From NCBI RefSeq assembly GCF_006345805.1, contig NC_043020.1:29326001-29390000 (forward strand): a DNA stretch of 64,000 nucleotides. Direction: 5' to 3'. Of this stretch, positions 54,073 through 64,000 are shown piece by piece. Origin of the DNA: Octopus sinensis (lineage: Eukaryota). The number at the start of each line of letters is the position of its first letter. Within the stretch, counting starts at the first letter, position 1. Position numbers and translations under genes: made by a program. The notes under the pieces are model-generated. The model did no database searches. It saw nothing but the letters and a program-made list of their open reading frames with translations, and had not been told where the DNA came from.

Positions 54073-54753
54073 GACCATATATATCTTCTTTATACATGCA
54101 TTTCAGACTTGTTCATTCAAAGAACGATGACCATGGCATCATGTGATGTCCTGACTTGAGCATGATTTGCTTGAAAGTGTGATAGGTTTGAACGATGTTA
54201 GCTTTATTTACCTGTCCATGCCTGCGTTGTTCCAAAATCAAGACGAGATCAAGACGACTGGAGGTACATCTGGAAGCAGCGGAGGAACAGATGTTCAACC
54301 ATATCTCGCCTTTATCTGAAAAGTCTACAACGTATTCTGAAACGGGGTTTCGACCTTTGGATCCACTGGTAGTTTTGTCCACTCAACCCACTGAATTTAG
54401 TTAACTCCTGCTTCTTTAGACCGTAATGAGACGTGTGGGCGCGGCTGGCTGTTTGGATGTTGGCGATTTGGCACGGCTGACTGGAGATTTAACCTATTTT
54501 GATGACAGTACTTGTTATCAAGTACCTGTGTACATTTTGGAACTGGAGGCCAAAATGGACATACATACGCGTGTACTCGCAGAAATATACATATACAGAT
54601 AGAGTTACAGAGAGGGAGGGAGGGAGGAGAGAGAGAGATTACAATGTATTAATTGTACTCGACTGTCGTAAGCACTTTACTTTCATTCTAACACATAGAA
54701 GGAAATATGCTTACGTACATGAACAGAGAGAGGGTAGAAGAGAGAGAGAGAGA

Positions 54754-54790
<37 letters not shown>

Positions 54791-55804
54791 GAGAAACATT
54801 AATAGGGAGATCAAATATCAAAACCTCTGATCTCAAATAAGTTAGCGTCGAATCAGCGACGCCAAATGGGAGGCGCCGGAATGGCTGCACCAAAACGTCT
54901 CATGCTCATGTTAGACATCTTAATTCCCCAAGGTTTTGAAATCCAGTGACTGCCCTGATTCCCTTTGTTAAGTCCCTTTGTGAAAGGGTCATATCGCGGT
55001 TTGGCTACTCTTCATGATACAATGTCTTGGAGCAACAGGTGAAAGCAAGATAGTGTCAAACGAAGATGACAGGTAAGTGATATCTTCCTAAGGTGTCACA
55101 AGTGCTTCTACCAGAAGAGCCACATTTCCCCAAACAGGTGATAAATATACATCGTACGACAGTACAAGCTGGACACCAGGAGGATACTTTATAAATGCAA
55201 AAAATTTCATTCATTTACAACAATGAATCGAAATTCTAGCAGGAATATGTCTACATGGAAATTCCAGATTCAATCAATACCGTTCCACCCCCAACATTTA
55301 TAATTCTAATTTTAGAATAAGATGTCTGTTAATTAAACGAGCTCGATGTAGGTGGCCACTTATAACCCGCCTTGTAATTAAAATACACGAATAAATATAA
55401 CGAATGAAAACAACTTATTCAGCGTTTTTCCCAAAAACCTTTCGAGTCCTTTTTACTTGTACTTCTTTTCAAGTACTTTCAAGCATTTCATGTTTATTAA
55501 CAAAATTATATTTTCTGACCTAAATATTATTTTATTTACATAAATTTATATTACGTTTATATATTTGTTTTGCAAGATTCTTGATGTGAAATCGTGTGTT
55601 GAAACAGATGTTGTTGTATTTAGGAATGGTCATGTTGCCAGTTTAGCCAATAAAAACACACGCACTATATATATATATATATATACTTGTTCTTTTCATA
55701 TAAATATAAATATCTTTTTCTTTTTAAGTAAAAAGTTTCTTCTTTCGAATAAATTTCTGGAGTCTGACACATTAAATAGGTAGGGAGGCAGGTAGGCAGG
55801 TACG

Positions 55805-55836
<32 letters not shown>

Positions 55837-56339
55837 TGTATTATGTATGTATGTATGTATGTATGTATGTATGTGTATGTATTGTAGGAGGTAAGTAGGT
55901 AGGTAGGTAGGTAGGTAGGTAGGTAGGTTGGTAGGAAGGTAGGTATTAAGAGAGACTTTAGAGTGTCGGAAAAATATCTCGCAATATTCATTTACCTCCT
56001 GAGTTCAAATCCAATTGGGCCCAAAATATAAGCTCTTTAGTAAAATCATTCTTCTGGTAAATGACACAAAAGATTAACGTCAACCTAACGAGTTCTAGAA
56101 CGAAACAGTACGTCTTTTGTTGAGCTCACTGTCGTAGTTTCAAAAAGAAGATATTTATATACATTATCAGTACTTTTAGTGCTTAATAGTCTTCCTGAAT
56201 AGATAACTACAAGATGTACATGTGTGTGTGTGTGTGTGTGAATCAATCTGTCTATGCACGAGTATGTGTACACATACACATGTATATACATACGTATTCA
56301 TATATAATATGTATATACATATACATACTCACATACATA

Positions 56340-56398
<59 letters not shown>

Positions 56399-56640
56399 TA
56401 CATATATATATATAATATATATGTACGTACGTATATACACATGCAAGTATATTTTACACATACACACGTATATATACTTATACACTCACACACACCCACA
56501 CACATATATATATACATATATACGTATATGTATGTATATACATATGTGTGTGTGTGAGTGGATGTTCATATATATATATATATAGTATATATATATATAT
56601 AATATATATATGTATATATATATATATATGTATGTATGTA

Positions 56641-56682
<42 letters not shown>

Positions 56683-56684
56683 TG

Positions 56685-56733
<49 letters not shown>

Positions 56734-57414
56734 ATAGAGAGAGAGACACACACACACACGTACATTTGGCTGTTCCTGTATTTTTATACAAATCTATCCA
56801 CACTCACACATACAGATTAATGTTCGTTTGAGCAGGTGCTCTCTTTGTATATCTACGTTTCTGTCTGTGCGATTCGGGTGTGTGTGTGCTTGTATGTATA
56901 TATGTGTGTGTGTGTGGTGTGTGTGTGTGTGTGTGTCTGTGTGTGTGTGTGAGTGTGTGTGTGTGTTCTGTAATTTATTCGTGTGTGTCTGTGTAACTGT
57001 GAGAATATATATTTTTAGTACATGTGTGTGTACGTGTGTGTGTACGTGTGTGTGTGTACGTGTGTGTATGTACGTGTGTCTGTGTGTCTGCTATTTTTGG
57101 CTGGTGTAAGATTTCCCTCTCGCTGTTGTTTCCTCGTCTCCATTAGAAAAATTGGATCCAAGATGTCTATTTCGGGAGAGTCTAAAGATAGAACACGATC
57201 TAAAAATAACCGCCTTCCTCCCCTTCCTTCTCTCTCCGAATTACTCTCTGCTACAGGAACGAAAGAGTGGAAGTCAGAGACGTTGGTTACGCGCGCACAT
57301 GCTGAGGGCAACCTAGTCACGTGAAGTGACGTGACGGCAGTTGTCTTTCCAACCCCCACACACCAACCCTTTCCTCCCCCATCCTTACATCCACCCACAA
57401 ATACTTACTGACCA

Positions 57415-57723
57415 CCTTCTTCTTCTACTTCTTCTTCTTCTTCTTCATCACCTTCTTCTTCACCTTCTTCTTCTTCTTCTTCTTCTTCTTCTTCTTCTTC
57501 TTCTTCTTCTTCTTCTTCTTCTTCATCACCCTCCTCATCATCGTCATCTTCTTTCTCCTTTTCTTCTTTATCATCATCATCATCATCATCTTCGTCTTCT
57601 TCTTCATCTTCATCTTCACCTTTTCTTCTTCTTCTTCTCTTCTTCTTCTTCTTCTTCATCATCATCATCATCTTTACCTTCTTCTTCACCTTTTTCTTCA
57701 TCATCATCTTCCTCCTATTCTTT

Positions 57724-57778
<55 letters not shown>

Positions 57779-58003
57779 GCTTCTTCTTCTTCTTCTTCTT
57801 CTTCTTCTTCTTTCTTCTTTCTCTCGCCGCCATCATCATCATCATCTTCTTCTTCACCTTCTTCTTTTCTTCTTCGCCATCATCATCATCATCTTCTTCT
57901 TCACCTTCTTCTTTTTCTTCTTCTTCATCTTCACCTTCTTCTCCTTCCTCTTCTTGTTCACCTTTTTCTTCTTCATCATCATCATCATCTTCTTCTTCTT
58001 CGC

Positions 58004-58040
<37 letters not shown>

Positions 58041-58287
58041 TTCTTCTTCTTCTTCTTTTCTTCTTCTTCTTCACCTTCTTCTTCTTTTTCTTCTTCACCT
58101 TCTTCTTTTTCTTCTTCATCTTCATCTTCACCTTCTTCTCCTTCCTCTTCTTCTTCACCTTTTTTTCATCATCATCATCATCATCATCTTCTTCTTCACC
58201 TTCTTTCTTTTTCTTCTTCTTCTTCATCATCTTCACCTTCTTCTCCTTCTTCTTCTTCATCATCATCATCATATTCTTCTTCTTCGC

Positions 58288-58326
<39 letters not shown>

Positions 58327-58690
58327 TCATCTTCTTCTTCTTCACCTTTATCTTCTTCTTCTTCTTCTTCTTTTTCTTCTTCCTTTTTCTTCTTCTTCTT
58401 CATCTTCACCTTCTTCTCCTTCCTCTTCTTCTTCACCTTTTTCTTCTTCATCATCATCATCTTCTTCTTCGCCATCATCATCATCATCATCGTCATCATC
58501 ATCATCATCATCTTCTTCACCTTCTTCTTCTTCACCTTCTTCTTCTTTTTCTTCTTCTTCTTCTTCTTCTTCTTCTTCTTCATCATCTTCACCTTCTCCT
58601 CTTCTTCTTCTTCACCTTTTTCTTCATCCTCCTCCTCCTCATCGCCATCATCATCTTTTCCTTCCTCTTCTTTTCCTTCTCCCCCATTGT
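57415..58690. repeat. 1.3-kb complex (CTT)n/(CAT)n triplet array with recurring sub-units
   Basis: Direct reading; recurring cassettes CTTCACCTTCTTCTCCTTCCTCTTCTT and CTTCTTCGCCATCATCATC. Confidence 0.92.
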
Positions 58691-59046
58691 TTATCTTGAA
58701 CTTTATTCGCAATTCACTCATTCCATTGCTTTCTTTTATCACTCTCTCTCTCTTTCTCTCACTCTTAAGGGACACGTTTAACTGGCAGGTTGAGAGACGG
58801 GCAGGTAGCCGGGCGGACAGACAGACAGACAGACAGACGGACTTTGGAATAGACTTGGGGGAAGGACTTGGAGAAATACTATCAAACATCAACCCGATGG
58901 CTGAATAGAAATAGTTCGGGACAGATCGACAAATACGCTAAAGAGACAGACAGATACATACATAAACAGAGAGACAGAAATACAGAGAGAGAGAGACAGA
59001 AATATAGAGAGACAGACAGACAGATAAATCTAAAGACAAGCATATT

Positions 59047-59084
<38 letters not shown>

Positions 59085-59359
59085 AACAGCGAGGGAGACT
59101 TAGGGGTAAGCAGATGGACACATACATAGAGATATGTAGACATGTATATAGATAGAGAAAGAGGGGTTTGGAGGCAGATCGAGAAGTTGGTAGTGTATGC
59201 CAGACAATTGGTTGTGTGACAGACGTTCTGAGACGGTAACAGATGAGTTGACTGGGATAGTTTGGCAGAGTTGTTGATAACACGATGAATAATCAGACAC
59301 AGAGACATGTGACTGGGTGACAGTTCGACTGATACTATGATTTAGATGAGATGACACTA

Positions 59360-59930
59360 TAATAGGAACAAGGCTCGAAATCTTTGGGGAGGAAGACAGT
59401 CGATTACATCAACCCCAGTGCGTAACTGGTACTTATTTAATCGACCCCGAAAGGATGAAAAGCAAAGTCGACCTCGGCGGAATTTGAACTCAGAACGTAA
59501 CGGCAGACGAAATACCTATTTCTTTATTACCCACAAGGGGCTAAACACAGAGGGGACAAACAAGGACAGACAGGTATTAAGTCGATTACATCGACCCCAG
59601 TGCGTAACTGGTACTTAATTTATCGACCCCGAAAGGATGAAAGGCAAAGTCGACCTCGGCGGAATTTGAACTCAGAACGTAACGCAGACGAAATACCTAT
59701 TTCTTTATTACCCACAAGGGGCTAAACACAGAGGGGACAAACAAGGACAGACATAGGTATTAAGTCGATTACATCGACCCCAGTGCGTAACTGGTACTTA
59801 ATTTATCGACCCCGAAAGGATGAAAGGCAAAGTCGACCTCGGCGGAATTTGAACTCAGAACGTAATGGCAGACGAAATACCGTTAAGCATTTCGCTCGGA
59901 GCGCTAACGTTTCTGCCAGCTCGCCGCCTT
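59360..59930 (-). mobile_element. family A SINE with tandemly triplicated body (~181-bp unit)
   Basis: Single head at ~59875-59930. The unit junction ACCTATTTCTTTATTACCCACAAGGGG occurs at 59514 and 59695, and the units are nearly identical. Confidence 0.9.
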
Positions 59931-60427
59931 GCAGACATGTTTATTCTATGACAAATATGTTTACTCATTGACAATATTATTTATGACGACTTTTTCATAT
60001 TTCCTTCTGAATCCATTGCAACTTTTTTCGACCGTCGCTTGAAGAAAATCTTTAGTTGGTGACACCTAGAACCAGATGGTTCTTACTCAGCACTGCAATT
60101 CCAGCAAATCCATCATCTGAATCGGCAATGGACACTTCCGTGCATCACAAATCCTGCAAGATCGCCAATCTTCAAAATTTCAGTAACAATGGAACCCCTT
60201 CAAATTTCGTGGAATTCTCCTTCTCCCTACTTCTCAAACATATTGTAGTTCAGTAAATTGTATGTGGAAAAAAACTTTGCGCACTAAATACTTGTTTAGC
60301 ATCCAGTTCAGCACCGCACATACATGGTAACGGTTAAATCGAGTCACTTCCACCATCAAACCCCCTTATCACGCTCAAATACATCTAAGTACGAAGGTAC
60401 TTCCGTTTACTTGAAACTAAGAAAACC

Positions 60428-60637
60428 CACCAAAAGGGCAAAAGCTCGCTCGATCTCGATTTTTCAATACGAATACAGACCGCGAAAGCGTGGCCTATCG
60501 ATCCTTTCCGAACAGCGGTGAGCAAAGCGTCTGCTGATAGGGGTCAGAAAAGTTTCCACGGGGATAACTGGTTTGGGGCAAGTCGATTCCTATGCAAGCG
60601 ATCCTTTTCGTTTCGATCTCTTCGAACGCTCACCAAA
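60428..60637 (+). rRNA. degenerate 28S (LSU) rRNA fragment, pseudogenic, domain V / peptidyl-transferase region
   Basis: AAGGGCAAAAGCTCGCTCGATCTCGATTTTTCAATACGAATACAGACCGCGAAAGCGTGGCCTATCGATCCTT...GTCAGAAAAGTTTCCACGGGGATAACTGG follows the conserved eukaryotic 28S sequence (recalled: GTCAGAAAAGTTACCACAGGGATAACTGGC). The 3' part is more decayed. Confidence 0.88.
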
Positions 60638-61661
60638 TTCTTTAATTTCTTACTCCATACATAAAGGACACAAAAATACCACGGCACCATTAGAGATGGT
60701 TTCCAAGATCTTTGTTCTTAGAATCGTATATACTACGATTTTTATTTTTTGGAAGCTAGCTACGGTAACCCCATTTTCAAGAAAGGCAAACCTTTTTATC
60801 ATAATACCTACCCTTGTATTATATTCACTTCCGATCTTTTAAACGTGATGAAAATAGCTATTAACAATAAGGTTCCTCAACAGCTTGATTCCCTTTCCAT
60901 TCGATGACCACCAAAATGGCTTTCGTTGAGTCAGATCTACGGCACATCTACTCGCCCACGCCACTCACCAGTGGGTTTTCACCTTGGTTAGATTTGGTGA
61001 AAACTGCGTTATTGCATTTGATGGCAGCAAAACATTCGATTGTGTCTGGCACACAAACGTCTTGCGAAGACTGTCCTCCATCAGTCTTTTATTTTGGGGA
61101 TCGATGGTGCCCCCTCAGACCGTAATGTTGTGGGCGCTCCCTGGTGAAGCTTCCTTTCAACTGCACCCTATCAACTAATGTCTGCCCAACGAGCCCGGTT
61201 TCGGCACACACACTCACTTTTCCTCTTCCATAATAACAACTCACTTGCTCTCAACCTCAACAAATGCAAATCTTATAAAAAAGGACATGACCCTACATAC
61301 CTGCAACACCATCTGAACCCAAGCATCATCTACAAACAATCTGGACATTTCGCGTCAAAGCTGCTCCAACACGAAGGGTCAATTTTGTCCCCTTTAACAG
61401 CACCACAGAGGCACAATCAAGAAAATATTATCATTGTACCTCACCACTCTTTCTCCTGTACATGAATGCCACAAAACGAGAACCATTAATCCGGCTATAA
61501 AGGCCCCCACTCCACTCATTGAGGATTTCTCGTACCGAATACAGATACCTAATAGAGCAAAGACTTCGGCTCAAAAGCTGAACTTCCTCTTCAGAACTAT
61601 GAAATACTTCGAATCCCACTGAGCACTGTAGCGTGTTACGACTATTTAATATTTCCCTTGT

Positions 61662-61868
61662 TGAATGCGGTGAGCTGGCAGAAATGTTAGCACGGCGGGC
61701 AAAATGCTTAGCGGTATTTCGCCTGCCGCTACGTTCTTAGTTCAAATTCCGCCTAGGTCGACTTTGCCTTTCATCCTTTCGGGATCGATAAATTAAGTAT
61801 CAGTTGGGTACTAATCGACTGCCCCCACCTCCTCCAAGATTTCGGGCTTTGTGCCTAGAGTAGACAAG
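61662..61868 (+). mobile_element. family A SINE with 14-bp perfect TSD, nested in the LINE
   Basis: AATATTTCCCTTGT at 61648-61661 and 61869-61882. Confidence 0.93.
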
Positions 61869-62963
61869 AATATTTCCCTTGTCTACAATATGGCAGGGAT
61901 ATATGCGCAACCACCTAAAACGAACCAACGAGTGACCGAAGTGTATGTGGTCGCTCTATGTGTTAGAAACAACAGTCAAAAATCCTTCTAACTGCACGTG
62001 ATTGTCTCACAGTGAACATATTGGATTCTGCTGACATAAATATCGAAGATGCTTTGACCTACACAGAAACGGCCAGAGCCACTCAGAGGTTTTGCAAGCT
62101 TTTCTTCGAAATCAATCACTGGTGAAAATCCTTCCTTATATTCTGCCAGCATCTGAAAATCAACAAGGGGTCGGTTATGACTACACACCCAGTTGCTCTG
62201 CTTGCACAGTTTCCCATGACTTTCTGTACCGTCCAATTTAACCTTTTTTTTTTTTATCGGGATCTTGGGCCATAAGGAATTTTCCATTGCTCGATTACAC
62301 AACCACGGACGCCGCCTCTGCCTACGTTACAGTTACTCTCTTGACAAAACTTGGTGATCCTAACCGTTGATCTTCAAGGATTCCTCTGCTTTGCATCAAC
62401 GAAAGAAGCACCGTTGGCTCAGAGGATCTCTTCCGCTCCCTCTTTACATCCTTAGCAGGCTCGCTGAACCGGATGTTATACCTTAGCAAAGGGCAATCCA
62501 TAATAATGCAAGGCACAGTCAGCACTCCGTAAGATATTTTCAAATTACTTGCACACCCGTGACTGAAACATCCTTTATTAGTGGTATCCTGTAGGGTGGA
62601 CGCTAACAACAAATATGACCCCTTCATTACTCCTTCTCTTCTGAATTCTTCTATATCTTAAAGGGAAATTTCAAGAATTACGCAAAAAAAAAGTCTCTTG
62701 GTTCCTCAACATTTGACTTCCACATTTTCTCTTCTCTTCACCCTTTTATTATAACCTTTTCCAACTTCCATACTCTCTGACAGATAGTCTCTCTCTCTCT
62801 CTCTCTCTCTCTCAAACTATCTATCTAGATATTTGTCTGTCTGCCTGCCTCTCTGTCTGTTTGTCTGTTTGTCTATCACAGTAACTATCTAAATTTCGCG
62901 CTCTTTCCCTTCCATATATTTATTTATTTATTTATTATGTATTATATATATATATATATATCT

Positions 62964-62994
<31 letters not shown>

Positions 62995-63107
62995 CAGACA
63001 AACAGACAGATAGATAGATATCATGCATACATATATGCAACATATATGCATATCTATATATATGTATATATATCTGTTAATCTATCTCTATTTTATATAT
63101 TATATTT

Positions 63108-63140
<33 letters not shown>

Positions 63141-63285
63141 GCACAATACAATCACTGTTAAGGTTTGAACGTACGTATGTATGTATGTGTGTGCATGCAT
63201 GTATATATGTATGTATGCATGCATAAAAGTATCTATCTATCTATCTACCTACCTGCCTACCTACCTACCTACCTACCTACCTATA

Positions 63286-63339
<54 letters not shown>

Positions 63340-63465
63340 CCTATAGATAGATATGTGTATTTTCATATCCCCTTAATTATCAATCTCTCTCTATATATCT
63401 TGCTAAAAAATCTCTCCATCCTTATCTTCCTCATTCCGACATCACATCATATATCTCTCCTCTCT

Positions 63466-63514
<49 letters not shown>

Positions 63515-64000
63515 CTTCTCTATTTCTCCATATCTTTGCATCTCTTCCTGATACAACGTTTCCCTGTCACCTATATTCTTTCTCACGCAGACTCCATCTT
63601 TCTATATCTCTGTCTCTACATCCAAAACCCCTAACTGTCCCCGTGCTCTCTCTTTCATTCACTCATTCATTCTCATTCATACGCACACACACACATACAC
63701 ACACACATATATTTATGAATATATATATATATGTATATATCATATGAATGCATACAAACATACATACATACACGCATAGCCATATATGAACGTACGTACA
63801 GTAAACAACGTTTTTTCCCCAGCCAAAAGCTAGCTCTCCGTCAGTTATCTCCCCTTTGCCAACCTCTCCAGCACCTCCTTGCTCTACCTCCATTCCATTA
63901 AACACACACACAGACACACACACACACACACACACACACTACAGTCTGTCTCTTAATGAACGGCTCGGCTGTGCAGGCGCCGCTGCTCTGCTTCTTGCTG

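Larger units (their letters stand above)
60100..62250 (+). mobile_element. decayed CR1/L2-group LINE ORF2, interrupted by a 28S rRNA fragment, a SINE and a family D repeat
   Basis: Broken reading KYLFSIQF...VRRYFRLLETKK | WKLATV, NVMKIAINNKV, DHQNGFR*VRSTAHLL, FGENCVIAFDGSKTFDCVWH (ALDISKAFDRVWH motif), GAPW*SFLS (GVPQGSVLS), AKTSAQKLNFLFRTMKYF. Confidence 0.85.

Noticed and set aside
54973-55078. Coding exon ending at consensus donor CAG|GTAAGT (55073)
   Set aside because: The 100-nt candidate has stops in all frames and the 34-nt alternative has a poor acceptor; a lone donor match is weak evidence.
57341-58699. 452-aa + strand ORF as a gene
   Set aside because: Entirely CTT/CAT repeat, giving poly-L/S/F/H.
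59400-59880. CRISPR-like or regularly spaced repeat array
   Set aside because: The units are whole SINE bodies without unique spacers, in eukaryotic DNA.
60428-60637. Functional rDNA unit, or an R1/R2-type insertion into rDNA
   Set aside because: Only ~210 bp, degenerate, no flanking 28S, and the LINE lies on both sides of the fragment rather than within it.

Overview
Repeat-saturated, AT-rich animal genomic DNA. It is almost certainly octopus (coleoid cephalopod), inferred from the SINE families and the microsatellite load. I find no intact protein-coding gene: nearly all ORFs in the supplied track are translated microsatellites, so the window is probably intergenic or part of a very large intron. 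Recognisable content: many simple repeats, three tRNA-headed SINE families (over 20 copies or fragments, three with target-site duplications), a fourth short dispersed repeat, two decayed Tx1/L1-clade LINEs, two decayed mariner transposons, a Tigger/pogo-like MITE and a decayed CR1/L2-group LINE. The most unusual item is a ~210-bp 28S rRNA fragment, spanning peptidyl-transferase-centre sequence, embedded inside ORF2 of that LINE and bracketed by a 7-bp direct repeat. The short unique islands between repeats carry recurring SRF-type CArG boxes and YY1, CTCF, CRE and CCAAT-like motifs, which suggests a dispersed regulatory landscape; this is motif-level inference only. Coordinates were read by hand, and the ends of decayed elements are approximate. 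Family names come from recalled consensus motifs, not database searches.
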